Part shown: positions 48,117 to 57,484 of the stretch, piece after piece
Layout of the letters: each line of letters begins with the position of its first letter
Position numbering within the stretch: the first letter of the stretch is position 1
DNA from: Planctomycetota bacterium
Lineage (GTDB): Bacteria > Planctomycetota > SZUA-567 > H5-PLA8
Length of the DNA: 64,000 bases
Assembly: GCA_038227875.1 (NCBI GenBank)
Contig: JBBRPR010000003.1
Span: 64,001 to 128,000 of the forward strand
Direction: 5' to 3'
Notes under the pieces: generated by a model
What the model saw: only the letters and a program-made list of their open reading frames with translations
Database searches by the model: none
Told to the model about the DNA's origin: nothing
Made by a program: the position numbers and the translations under genes

Positions 48117-49709
48117 ATGGCTGCTCCTGCCCGCGTCACGTGCCCCACTTGCGGGCAGGCGATCATCAATCCAGCCAGCCATGCGGGGAAGGTCCGCTGC
48201 GTCGGTTGCGAAGAGGAATTTCCGCTCGCTGACGCAGCCGACACCGGTGCTTCGCCCGACGCGTCACCGCCGCTCCCGCCGTTGGGCAAAGAGCCGACTT
48301 CGGGAACGTACGGCTTGCTCCTGATGTTCGCGTACGTCCTGCTCGCGCTGCGCGTGATCCTGGGCATCCAGGAACTCTACATGCTGATTGCGCGTCCTGA
48401 CGCCGCGATCAACGCGGCCGCCGCCTCGTCTACGATATCGCTGGGGACGCAATCGCGGGTGCTGCCGACGATTCAGGCCGTGTTCTCGATTTCGCTTCAT
48501 CTCGTCTGGGCGTTGCTCTCCGTACTCACAGTGGCACGCGTGGAATTAATCGACCGGCTGAGCACCTGGCTGGCCTGGCGCAGCGGCGCGCGCACCGAAG
48601 CGGTCTCCGAACCGCCGGGAAGTTCCCTGCCGTTCATTCTCCCGTGGACGGTCTGCGGCGGCCTGCTGGTCGTCAGCGGAATCGTCGTCTTCGCCAACTA
48701 CCATTCCGTTGAGCCCGGCACCGTACCGCCCCTGTCGCTCACTTCACGGTACGGCAGCCTGGCGCTGCTGGGCAGCGGCGTGATGTTATTTCTGATGGGC
48801 CTGGCCTGCGGCGAACTGCGCCGCTTTTTCTGGCGCATGCAGCAAGTCGCCCGCTCACTGCCGAGGCGCACGCGCGGCGAGGAACTCGGCATCGAACCTG
48901 CGCTCGCGCCCAAAGTAAAGCGCGCCGCCACCGGTTCGCCGGCCTACGTGCTGCTGATGTTGCCGGTGCTGCTGCTGCTCTACGCCTTGACCATCGCCAC
49001 GATGACGGCGACCGGCGCAACATTCAGCGCGCTGATCCAGGATAACTGGGCCATCGCCTTGGCCGCGTTGATCGGCATTGTCGGCGGCGCGTTTTCGATT
49101 TTCAAACTCACTGGCCACTTCAGCGAAACGTTGAGCGCCTGGGAGGCGGCGGCCGAAACGGTGAAGACGATCAAACGCAAAAGCTACGGCGCGTCCTCCA
49201 CGCGGGTGCTCACGATTGTGAATTGGACCGTCGGTGCGCTGTTCACCGCGGCTCAGGTCACCATGTTTCTGACCATGCCGCTGAGCGTTCCCGGCGAAGC
49301 CAAGGTGCTACTTTTCTGCTCGGGCATCATGATCATGCTGTTTCTGGGCTGGTTGGCATCGCTGAAGATCGATTGCACGCGGATCGTGAAGGCCACGTCA
49401 GCGTTCGGCCGCGGCACGCAGTCCTCCAGCGGCCTGCTGACCGCGACGAGGGCGTTGAAGATTCTCTGTGTCGTCTGCCTGATCTGGACCGGCGTGATGC
49501 TGGTCCCGGCCTATCTGGAGATCGCCGCGCTGTCCGCGTCGCCGATGATGAAGGACTACTTTCTAATGATGGTACTGGCGGCCATTCAGAGCGTGCTCGG
49601 CGTTCTGGCGATCACGTTGCTTCCGGCCTATTGGTTTTCGCTGATCGCGCTGGACCTTGATCAGGCCTGTGCGAATCTCCAGCACATTCAAGAAAACTCA
49701 CCCGGGTGA
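48117..49709 (+). CDS. Membrane protein with N-terminal zinc ribbon
   Basis: CPTC...CVGC followed by about 10 TM segments. Confidence 0.7.
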   Translation: MAAPARVTCPTCGQAIINPASHAGKVRCVGCEEEFPLADAADTGASPDASPPLPPLGKEPTSGTYGLLLMFAYVLLALRVILGIQELYMLIARPDAAINAAAASSTISLGTQSRVLPTIQAVFSISLHLVWALLSVLTVARVELIDRLSTWLAWRSGARTEAVSEPPGSSLPFILPWTVCGGLLVVSGIVVFANYHSVEPGTVPPLSLTSRYGSLALLGSGVMLFLMGLACGELRRFFWRMQQVARSLPRRTRGEELGIEPALAPKVKRAATGSPAYVLLMLPVLLLLYALTIATMTATGATFSALIQDNWAIALAALIGIVGGAFSIFKLTGHFSETLSAWEAAAETVKTIKRKSYGASSTRVLTIVNWTVGALFTAAQVTMFLTMPLSVPGEAKVLLFCSGIMIMLFLGWLASLKIDCTRIVKATSAFGRGTQSSSGLLTATRALKILCVVCLIWTGVMLVPAYLEIAALSASPMMKDYFLMMVLAAIQSVLGVLAITLLPAYWFSLIALDLDQACANLQHIQENSPG

Positions 49710-49730
49710 AATCCGACGTGTATAAATAGC

Positions 49731-49766
49731 GCGCTCCGAAATCCAACTGTCCGGATTTCGGAGCGT
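49731..49766. terminator. Bidirectional hairpin between convergent genes
   Basis: cgctccgaaatcc / ggatttcggagcg 13-bp stem. Confidence 0.75.
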
Positions 49767-49783
49767 GTTGACTTAAAATCGAG

Positions 49784-50164
49784 CTACTTCTTGCTCGTAT
49801 CAACGAACGGATTGTTGCTTCCGTTTCCTTGGTCGACGGGCGCTCCGGCCGGATCGTGGTGCGCCGGTTCAACGTGCTGGACGTTCTGGTCATGGTGCAC
49901 TGGCTCGTCGTGTCCGCCATTCTGATACGACGTGCCGCTGGTCACGGCCGGGCTCTTCACGGGAACCCGGTTCTGCGGCGGCGTTTCGACGCCCTGTTCC
50001 TGCGGCCGCGGCGCGTTCTTGGCATCGGGGTCGGGATTGGGATTGGTCGTCGTCACCGTCGCCTGCTTGGGCGTATCACTGGTCGGCGCGACATCCGCAG
50101 CCGAGGCATTGCTCAACACGAGAAAGACGGCGATGAACGTGGGAAGAATGAGTGTTCTAAGCAT
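49784..50164 (-). CDS. Small secreted low-complexity protein
   Basis: Signal peptide, Pro/His/Asp-rich; GGAGG RBS. Confidence 0.65.
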   Translation of the reverse strand: MLRTLILPTFIAVFLVLSNASAADVAPTSDTPKQATVTTTNPNPDPDAKNAPRPQEQGVETPPQNRVPVKSPAVTSGTSYQNGGHDEPVHHDQNVQHVEPAHHDPAGAPVDQGNGSNNPFVDTSKK

Positions 50165-50367
50165 ATATTTTTGACCTCCATCACGGCAGCCGCGGTACTT
50201 CCGCTAGCTGCGCTGACGTGAGGTATTGCAAACGAATGCCCAGTTGAACATGTTTTTAGAAATGGCGCGGCGAGCTCCGTCCCGCCTATGGTACTGAGTG
50301 CGCTTTTCGCCGCGTGGACCCGTATGGCCAGTGTACTCACCACTATCGCTCAATAAGGACTCTCGCC

Positions 50368-51912
50368 ATGCGCTACGCCGCCGTACTGATTCTCGCCCTC
50401 ACTCTCGCGGGTTTCGCCCGCGCTGAAGACGAACCGACCGTCTGGCAGAACGCCACGGGAGATCTCGGTGGGTCCGAATGGAAAAAGGATGGCATCTGGA
50501 AAATCGTCGCCGTGCCGGGCAGCAAGGAGCTCGTCTGTTCGATGATCGGGCTGGGACTGTGGTCGAGCCTCGACGGCGGCACGACGTGGAAGCGCCTGGG
50601 CGTCGAAGGCAGCCGCCCGATCAACCAGGGCCAGGCCGTGCAATTCGTTTTCGATCCGAAGGACTCCAAACAATGGTGGACCAGCGGCATGTACAATTAC
50701 GCCGTCTGGAAAACCTCCGACGGCGGCGCACACTTCACCAAGCTCGGCGACTTCAATCATGCTGACGGCATCGGCGTCGACTTCACCGATCCCGAACGCA
50801 AGACGGTCGTGATCGGGCTCCACGAACAGGAGCGCAGCCTCCACAAATCCACCGACGGCGGGAAGACGTGGGTGAAGATCGGCGACAAGCTGCCCGAAAA
50901 TTCCGCCTTCAGCACCGACCCGATTGTGCTCGATGCAAAGACCTACATCACCAGCGGCGCGGGTTACAAAAAGAACGAACCGTGGGGCATCTACCGCACC
51001 GAAGACGGCGGCGCGTCGTGGGGAAAAGTCTCCGACGCCGGCGCGTCGGGCAATCCGCTGGTCACTTCCGACGGTTTGATTTTCTGGAGCTGCCTCTGGG
51101 ACGGATCGCTAATCAAGAGCGCCGACAAAGGCAAAACATTCACGTCCGTACAAGGGCCCGTGCGTGGGATGTTGATCGAACTGCCCGGCCACCGCATCGT
51201 CGGCGTCAAGGAAACGCAACTCTTCGTCTCCGTCGATGCCGGCGCGACGTGGGCGGCGTTTGGTGAGCCGCTGCCATTCAAGCCTTCGGGTCTCGCCTAC
51301 AGCGACGGTCTGCGCAGCCTCGTGGCGTATCAGGCCGGCGGCAAGGGTCCGAAGGTGATTGTGCGCTGGGAACTTCCGTCGGATATCGACTCCGCCTTCA
51401 AGGCCGTGGTGCCGGGAAAGCTGATGGTGTTCGACGGCGAAGGTTTCGCCGGCGGCAGCGGCTGGTCCGGCGGTGGTTTCGTCAAAATTCAGAAAGCGGA
51501 AAAGCACAGCGGCGCGCAGGCGCTGGAGTACCACGTCGAAGGCGTCGAGAAATGGGAAGGTGGCTTCAACTGGTTCAATTGGGCGCAGACGCAACTGACC
51601 GACACGACCGGCTTCAAGAATCTGTCGATCTGGGTGAAGTACGCCGGCGGCGCGACGAAGCCCACCGAATTGAATGTCGCGCTCAATTGCGGCCCGAACA
51701 AAATGTCCTCCGAATATGTCCCGCTCGCGACGTACTGTCCAGAGATCTTCGACGGCCAGTGGCACGACGTCCGCATCCCGCTCAAGGACCTCGCCAAGCA
51801 GAACTTCGACCCCCGCAGCGTCTACGAACTACGCGTCTCTGCCGCGACGACCAAAGAGAACAAGTTCAGCGTCTTCATCGACGACGTTCGCTTCGACAAC
51901 CGCGAGAAGTAG
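50368..51912 (+). CDS. BNR/Asp-box beta-propeller protein with C-terminal carbohydrate-binding-like domain
   Basis: Repeated SxDGGxTW motifs; C-terminal WHDVRIPL ... FIDDVRF. Confidence 0.85.
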   Translation: MRYAAVLILALTLAGFARAEDEPTVWQNATGDLGGSEWKKDGIWKIVAVPGSKELVCSMIGLGLWSSLDGGTTWKRLGVEGSRPINQGQAVQFVFDPKDSKQWWTSGMYNYAVWKTSDGGAHFTKLGDFNHADGIGVDFTDPERKTVVIGLHEQERSLHKSTDGGKTWVKIGDKLPENSAFSTDPIVLDAKTYITSGAGYKKNEPWGIYRTEDGGASWGKVSDAGASGNPLVTSDGLIFWSCLWDGSLIKSADKGKTFTSVQGPVRGMLIELPGHRIVGVKETQLFVSVDAGATWAAFGEPLPFKPSGLAYSDGLRSLVAYQAGGKGPKVIVRWELPSDIDSAFKAVVPGKLMVFDGEGFAGGSGWSGGGFVKIQKAEKHSGAQALEYHVEGVEKWEGGFNWFNWAQTQLTDTTGFKNLSIWVKYAGGATKPTELNVALNCGPNKMSSEYVPLATYCPEIFDGQWHDVRIPLKDLAKQNFDPRSVYELRVSAATTKENKFSVFIDDVRFDNREK

Positions 51913-52173
51913 CGAACTCGCGCCATCGCGAAGCAGAAGAAAATCGCCGCAATCAATTTCGTAACGCTGGCCGACCCATCGCCGGAGGTCGCCAGAAAAA
52001 TCATGGAACTGAGCCCCAGCCTGGAGTGGTTCAACTACCTCGGCGTCGCTGATTCCACCGGAGCCACCAAGCCCGGATTCGATGCGATGAAAAGGTGGAA
52101 AGCACTGAAGCGGGAGTAAATCCCGCTTCAACACCCGTCGCCGTTCTTTGCGTCTTTGCGAGAGATTAGAGAC

Positions 52174-52764
52174 TCAGTTCTTCCGGTTAAGCAGCCGCAG
52201 CGGCGAGGCGTCGAGTTTGCTCGTCAGGATCAATCCCTTGAGCAGCGTGCGGCCGTGCGTCGCGACTTTGCGCAAGTAGCCGACGCGGGCGCGGCGGAAA
52301 TCGAGATCGCTGTGCTCCTCTTTCGCGGCGCGTTCCTTGGCGTCGTGCGACTGTTCCTTCAAGGTCTCTTCGGCGCGCTGGAACGTTTCGCAGGCGCTAT
52401 CGACTTCGCGCAGTTCGCGGTCCGAGAGCACGCGCGTGACCATCTTCCAGATGTCCTCTTCGGCGCGGAAGTACTCCTTGCGGTCGGCCGGCTTGTGCGC
52501 GCGGGTGACGGTGCCCCAGAGCTGCAGTTCGTTGAGCGCCATCGAGACAGCGCCGGAACTCATGGTGAGCTTGTCGCCGATCTCCGCGGCGCTTAACGGC
52601 TGTGGTGCGAGATACAGGAGCGCCCACACGCGCCCGAGCGCGCGCTTGAAGCCCCAGAATTCGATCAAGCGGCCGACCGATTCGACGACTTCCGCTTCGG
52701 GATCGACGCCGAGCCGACCTGAACCATAGCCACTGCCGGGAGGGGGAGTTCCGTCTGCGTGCAT
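52174..52764 (-). CDS. GbsR/MarR family transcriptional regulator
   Basis: WGFKRALGRVWALLYL, SSGAVSMALNEL, DRKEYF. Confidence 0.88.
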   Translation of the reverse strand: MHADGTPPPGSGYGSGRLGVDPEAEVVESVGRLIEFWGFKRALGRVWALLYLAPQPLSAAEIGDKLTMSSGAVSMALNELQLWGTVTRAHKPADRKEYFRAEEDIWKMVTRVLSDRELREVDSACETFQRAEETLKEQSHDAKERAAKEEHSDLDFRRARVGYLRKVATHGRTLLKGLILTSKLDASPLRLLNRKN

Positions 52765-52879
52765 GGTTGTTTTCTCCAATCTGTGCATTCTAAACTTTCA
52801 ATATCTATTGAAACTATAGCATGTTCAGAGAGGACAAGCAAGGGAAAAGGTCGGCTCTTAGGACCAATAGCAATGAGCC

Positions 52880-52911
52880 AAAACAAAGCGGGCGAGCTTT
52901 CGCTCGCCCGC
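52880..52911 (-). terminator. Intrinsic terminator
   Basis: gcgggcgagc-GAAA-gctcgcccgc followed by tttgtttt on the minus strand. Confidence 0.85.
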
Positions 52912-52939
52912 CGGTTTGAAAAGTGTACTGCGGCGTTGC

Positions 52940-53872
52940 TCAGCCGTTGCCCTTGATTTCGCCATCGAATTCGCCCAGCGGCTTCTTGTCCTGCGGGTCG
53001 CCGGGGGAGTTCTTGTACATCCAGCGGTAGACCGGCGTCGAGCTGCCATGGTTCAGGAACGGCGGGATGATGCGCTGCTGTGAGGCCTGATCGTAGTGGC
53101 CGCGGGTCATCATCACGGCCGCGATGCTGGCGGTGAACGCGAAGAGGACCGTGTTGACAATCATGATCGCGGTCATGAACGGATGTGCGGGCTTGGGCTG
53201 GTAGACGGCCGCGGTGCGGCGCGACGTCGCCATGCTCACACCCTGATTGGCCGGGGCGCGGGCGACGCGGCTCTGTCCGCCGATCGCGGGAGCGCCCGTC
53301 AACGGCGGCGCCTGGCGGCGGCCGGAACCGACGGCGGTGGCCGAGCCGGTCGCGACGTTCGGGGCGTCTTCCATAACGGTCATCTGGCCGGTGATCACGC
53401 CTGACGTGACGCCGGAAGTCTGACCCGATTCGATCACGGTCTGGCCGCCGATGCCAGTCTGGTGTCCGGTCTGGACGCCCGTCTGGATCGTGACCTGCTG
53501 CGTGCCGGCGGCGTCCATATCCGTGGGCATCAGCTCAATGTCTTCCAGCACGATCTCGCCGGTCTGTTCGCCGGGCGGAGTGGCCGGGTGAACGGCGCTG
53601 GCGATGCGTGACGGCGGCTTGGCGGGACTGCCCAGCGCCGGGAGAATTCCGCTGCCGCCGGTCTTCTTGGCTCCGGCTGCGGGAATAATGATGGTCGGCT
53701 CGGTGCCCTTTTCAGATTTCAGGGAGCCAACGTCGTCGCGCCGGAACTTCATCGTGCCGGCGGAACGGAACGCGCGCAAGTCGCCGCGGGCGACAAGCGT
53801 CTGAAGCTCATTCTCGTTGATGCCGAGAATCTGCATTGCTTCTCGCGCGTCGAGCAAATCACCTTCAGCCAT
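52940..53872 (-). CDS. Excisionase-like HTH (HTH_17) protein with disordered linker and C-terminal TM helix
   Basis: EAMQILGI...GDLRAFR...MKFRRDDV; TM segment FMTAIMIVNTVLFAFTASIAAVMM. Confidence 0.8.
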   Translation of the reverse strand: MAEGDLLDAREAMQILGINENELQTLVARGDLRAFRSAGTMKFRRDDVGSLKSEKGTEPTIIIPAAGAKKTGGSGILPALGSPAKPPSRIASAVHPATPPGEQTGEIVLEDIELMPTDMDAAGTQQVTIQTGVQTGHQTGIGGQTVIESGQTSGVTSGVITGQMTVMEDAPNVATGSATAVGSGRRQAPPLTGAPAIGGQSRVARAPANQGVSMATSRRTAAVYQPKPAHPFMTAIMIVNTVLFAFTASIAAVMMTRGHYDQASQQRIIPPFLNHGSSTPVYRWMYKNSPGDPQDKKPLGEFDGEIKGNG

Positions 53873-53957
53873 CGGTATTCCCTCGTCTGAAAAACGCGGT
53901 CGTAGGTCCAAAGACTACTCACGCGTAAGTTTAGCTTTTCTCACTATTAACGCAAGA

Positions 53958-54362
53958 CTACTTATTCTTATCCTGCCAGTCGCGGAAGACTTCCGTGAAC
54001 GTGGCGCCCTGCTGGTACTTCTGTTCGACCTGCTGGCTGGCTGACGTATCGACCAGTTCGACGTCGTACTTAAAGGAGCGCGCGCCGATGAGACGGAACT
54101 TGCCGTTGGCGCCTTCCGCGCGGTAGATCATGATGTTCTGGCCGGAGGTCTTGTCATTGGGATCCGTGTTCAGCAGAATCAACTGTTCGTTCTGACTGGC
54201 GGCAATCGCCATGATGCCGTTGGTTTCCCAACCGCCGCCGGCCGCGAGCGCCGTCGAGCTGCCGGTATTGAGGTAGAAGCCAACGAGCAGGACCAGGATG
54301 ATGGCCAGCAGTCCGTTGATCAACCAGGCGTTTCGTTTTTCGTTCATCTTCACTGACTCCAT
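53958..54362 (-). CDS. Small exported hypothetical protein (paralog of next gene)
   Basis: N-terminal TM; IMIYR...FRLIGARSFKYD. Confidence 0.7.
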   Translation of the reverse strand: MESVKMNEKRNAWLINGLLAIILVLLVGFYLNTGSSTALAAGGGWETNGIMAIAASQNEQLILLNTDPNDKTSGQNIMIYRAEGANGKFRLIGARSFKYDVELVDTSASQQVEQKYQQGATFTEVFRDWQDKNK

Positions 54363-54390
54363 TATTATTGACGCGGGAGCGGCGAATGTG

Positions 54391-54840
54391 TCAGGGCTTT
54401 TTCTTACCCTGTTCAATCAGCTTCTGCATGTCTTCGGCGAACTTCTTGGCCTGATCGCGCGTGGCGCCGTCGCCGCCTTCCATGGCCTTGCCGTTCATCA
54501 GCGGCAGGCTCGCGTCCCAAATCTTTTCGTCTTCATCGAACTTGCGCGCGGCGACCAGGCGAATGGCCGCGGTCTGAATGCGGTAAACGCAGATCACCTT
54601 TTTGTTCGTATCGATGATGTAGAATTTGTCGGTGCCACCCGTCGTCGCGAGCGCCAGGTAATTGGGCGCGGAACAAATTCCGCCGCCGGCGTTGGCGGTG
54701 CTCATGCGAAACGGATTGGCGGAGAGGCGCTGTTGCGGCGGCGCGGTAATCAACAGCGCCGCGACTACGGCAATACCGGCCAGCAGCAGATAGCGGCTGA
54801 TGCGGCACGCACAATCACCCCACTCGGTCATTGATGCCAT
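54391..54840 (-). CDS. Small exported hypothetical protein
   Basis: N-terminal TM; ICVYR...IRLVAARKFDED; GAGG RBS. Confidence 0.7.
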   Translation of the reverse strand: MASMTEWGDCACRISRYLLLAGIAVVAALLITAPPQQRLSANPFRMSTANAGGGICSAPNYLALATTGGTDKFYIIDTNKKVICVYRIQTAAIRLVAARKFDEDEKIWDASLPLMNGKAMEGGDGATRDQAKKFAEDMQKLIEQGKKKP

Positions 54841-55000
54841 TTTTTCTTTTCCTCAGTGACGACGCTGCCAGATAAGCTGACCTGACACCTCGCCGATTAT
54901 TACGCGAAAAAGGACTTATACTTACTTCCGCAAATGCCCGCAAGCAGTTTTACATATTAGGATAATATTCGGTCGCATTGCTTTGGGTCGTTTGAGGCGC

Positions 55001-55963
55001 TCATCCGACGTGACCGACGCCCATCAACTTCATGATCCGCTCGAAGTCTTCGACGGAGTAAAACTCGATCGTGATGCGACCGGCCGTCGCGCCATCTTCG
55101 ACGCGGACGCGGGTGCCGAAATGTTCACGGAGGCGGCGTTCAACTTCCTGGTGATCGGAGTTGATGTAGTTGCGCGTCATCACGCGCGACGGGCGTGACA
55201 GCGCTCCGGGCTTGGCTTTGGGGCGGTCGGCGGCGATCAGGCGTTCGAGGTCGCGGACGGTCAGATTCTCGGCCTGCGCTTTGGCGGCGAGTTGGGATTG
55301 GATTTTGGAGTCGGGCACCGCCAGCAGCGCTTTGGCGTGACCGATGGAAAGCTTGTTGGACTTCAGCGCATCCTGGACGGCTTCGGGCAGGTCCAGCAGG
55401 CGGATGAAATTGGAGATGGTGACTCTCCCCTTGCCCACCCCGTCGGCGATCTGTTCCTGCGTCAGGTTGAACGTCTTGGCGAGGCGATCGTACGCGAGGG
55501 CTTCTTCGATGGGATTGAGGTCGTCACGCTGCAGATTTTCGACCAGCGAAAGCAACAGGATGTCGCGCTCGACAAACGTGTTTTTAACGACGACGGGAAT
55601 CGTCTTTAGTCCAGCCAACTGCGAGGCGCGCCAGCGACGCTCACCGGCGATGAGCTCGTAGCGATGACTAGTCGTGCCATGCTCTTCGGGCTTGAGTGGC
55701 CGGACGACTGCCGGCTGGATGATGCCTTGAACTTTGATCGAGGCGGCGAGTTCCTGGAGCGCTTCGGGATCGAACTCGGTGCGGGGCTGGTTGGGATTGG
55801 CGCGTACGGTGACGATGTCGACTTGAAGCAGCGCCAGCCCGTCCGGCGACGCGCTGGTTTCCGCGGTCGCGGGTGACGTTGGCGGGGACGCGGTTTCGGC
55901 GGGTTTGGAGGTATTGGCGAGCAGCGCCATGAGTCCGCGCTTGGGTTTTGCAGCGTTGTCCAT
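55001..55963 (-). CDS. parB: Chromosome partitioning protein ParB/Spo0J
   Basis: NPNQPRTEF, GIIQP, IAGERRWRA, ENLQRDDLNPIEEA, GHAKALL. Confidence 0.96.
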   Translation of the reverse strand: MDNAAKPKRGLMALLANTSKPAETASPPTSPATAETSASPDGLALLQVDIVTVRANPNQPRTEFDPEALQELAASIKVQGIIQPAVVRPLKPEEHGTTSHRYELIAGERRWRASQLAGLKTIPVVVKNTFVERDILLLSLVENLQRDDLNPIEEALAYDRLAKTFNLTQEQIADGVGKGRVTISNFIRLLDLPEAVQDALKSNKLSIGHAKALLAVPDSKIQSQLAAKAQAENLTVRDLERLIAADRPKAKPGALSRPSRVMTRNYINSDHQEVERRLREHFGTRVRVEDGATAGRITIEFYSVEDFERIMKLMGVGHVG

Positions 55964-56031
55964 AGTTTCGAGCTTCTCCGATGCGTTGTTGAGCGCGATT
56001 GTCTCCAGAACCGAGCGAAGTGCAAGGAAAA

Positions 56032-56047
56032 TGTTCCACGTGGAACA
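56032..56047. promoter_or_regulatory. parS site 1
   Basis: TGTTCCACGTGGAACA, matches the TGTTNCACGTGAAACA parS consensus apart from one A-to-G change. Confidence 0.92.
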
Positions 56048-56168
56048 TTAGGGTATATTTAGCCTGCAGCGTGTCGATTTGACCTAATGTTACAAAATGT
56101 TACATAATGTTACTATACTCGGGCGGGCAGCATGCCATTTTTGGCTAGGACCTCTGCTTCGATCAAAA

Positions 56169-56184
56169 TGTTCCACGTGGAACA
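56169..56184. promoter_or_regulatory. parS site 2
   Basis: TGTTCCACGTGGAACA. Confidence 0.92.
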
Positions 56185-56210
56185 TTAGGGTGTTCTTCGC
56201 AACGAGCGAA

Positions 56211-56226
56211 TGTTTCACGTGGAACA
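56211..56226. promoter_or_regulatory. parS site 3
   Basis: TGTTTCACGTGGAACA. Confidence 0.92.
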
Positions 56227-56348
56227 TTAGGGTGGAATCAAGAGCTAGGTGCCCTCCGCTTTCCTGTGGAAATTTTCGCTGCACATGTTATCACTATATC
56301 CATCACCGTTTCCCAGTTCCCACCGTCGGACCTCAGGGGAGCCGTCTT

Positions 56349-57275
56349 ATGATTCTTGCTCTGATCAACAACAAAGGTGGAGTCGGTAAGACCACCACGG
56401 CCGTGAACCTCGCCGCAGCGCTCGCCAAAGATGGGCAGCGCGTGTTGCTGATCGACTTGGATAGCCAGGGCGCCGCCAGCTTGTCCTGCGGCCTCCGACG
56501 CTCGGAGTTGAATCCATCGGCTGCGGAGATGCTCTTTCAGAACGCGCCGATCGCGTCCGTGATCCGCAAGACGTCCATGGAGAACCTCGACCTGATCCCC
56601 GGCTCCAACGATCTCGCCGACGCCGACCGCCTGCTGGCTACTGCGGACGATCGCGAGATTCGGCTCCGAGCGATTCTTGAATCGGTCCGCGGGAATTACG
56701 ACGCGATCATCATCGACTGTCCGCCGAGCCTCACCGTGTTGTCCAGCAACGCGCTGATCGCCGCCGACGCGTACCTCGTCCCCGTTCCGCCGCATTACCT
56801 GGCGCTGGGCGGGCTCGCCAGTCTGCTCGAAGGAGTCAACCGGCTCTGCGATGCCGGCAAGGGCGATGTCGCGGAGTTGCTGGGCTTCGTGCTGACGCTG
56901 GTCGACTACCGCAACAAGATGACGCCGACGATGATCGAAGCGCTCCGCAAGAACTGGAATCAGAACGTCTTCAAGACCGAGATCCGCGTCAACGTGAAGC
57001 TGACGGAAGCCCCACAGCACGGTAAGTCGATCTTCGAATACGCCAGCGATTCCACCGGCGCGAAGTCGTACCGCGCGCTGGCCAAGGAGGTGAAGCGGCG
57101 CTTCGAGTCGTTGTTCGCTGAGGCCGGCCAAGCCGGCGAGGGGTCAGGGGCCAGGGGCCAGGGGTCAGAGGAGTGCAACGGCCCCGCGAATGGCAATGGG
57201 AATGGGGTGGAGGAGGGGAGCCAAGCCTCAACCACTGCTCCGGCCGCGCAGAGCGAGACGCAGCCGACTGCGTAG
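56349..57275 (+). CDS. parA: ParA/Soj family ATPase
   Basis: NNKGGVGKTT, LIDLDSQG, IIIDCPPSL, KLTEAP. Confidence 0.93.
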   Translation: MILALINNKGGVGKTTTAVNLAAALAKDGQRVLLIDLDSQGAASLSCGLRRSELNPSAAEMLFQNAPIASVIRKTSMENLDLIPGSNDLADADRLLATADDREIRLRAILESVRGNYDAIIIDCPPSLTVLSSNALIAADAYLVPVPPHYLALGGLASLLEGVNRLCDAGKGDVAELLGFVLTLVDYRNKMTPTMIEALRKNWNQNVFKTEIRVNVKLTEAPQHGKSIFEYASDSTGAKSYRALAKEVKRRFESLFAEAGQAGEGSGARGQGSEECNGPANGNGNGVEEGSQASTTAPAAQSETQPTA

Positions 57276-57484
57276 TACCTATTTACTAGTATTTTTATAT
57301 TTAGCTATCCTTGCCTGCGGCTCGTATTTTTATTAAACCGTAATCGAACTCTACGAGCAGCCGATTGCGGACTTCAAGTCACTGATGCGAAACATTTTAC
57401 CTTAAAGTATTGCGACTCTGATTCCTCCCTCTAACATACAGGGTTCGAACGTGCACGTGCCGCCAATTGTTCCGGAAAGAAAAC

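Noticed and set aside
56030..56233. Three ~25-bp direct repeats as a mini-CRISPR, or TTAGGG as a telomeric motif
   Set aside because: Irregular spacing, no cas genes, and the core matches parS
55964..57480. oriC in the AT-rich spacers near parAB
   Set aside because: No TTATCCACA-type DnaA box clusters seen; no dnaA or dnaN in the window
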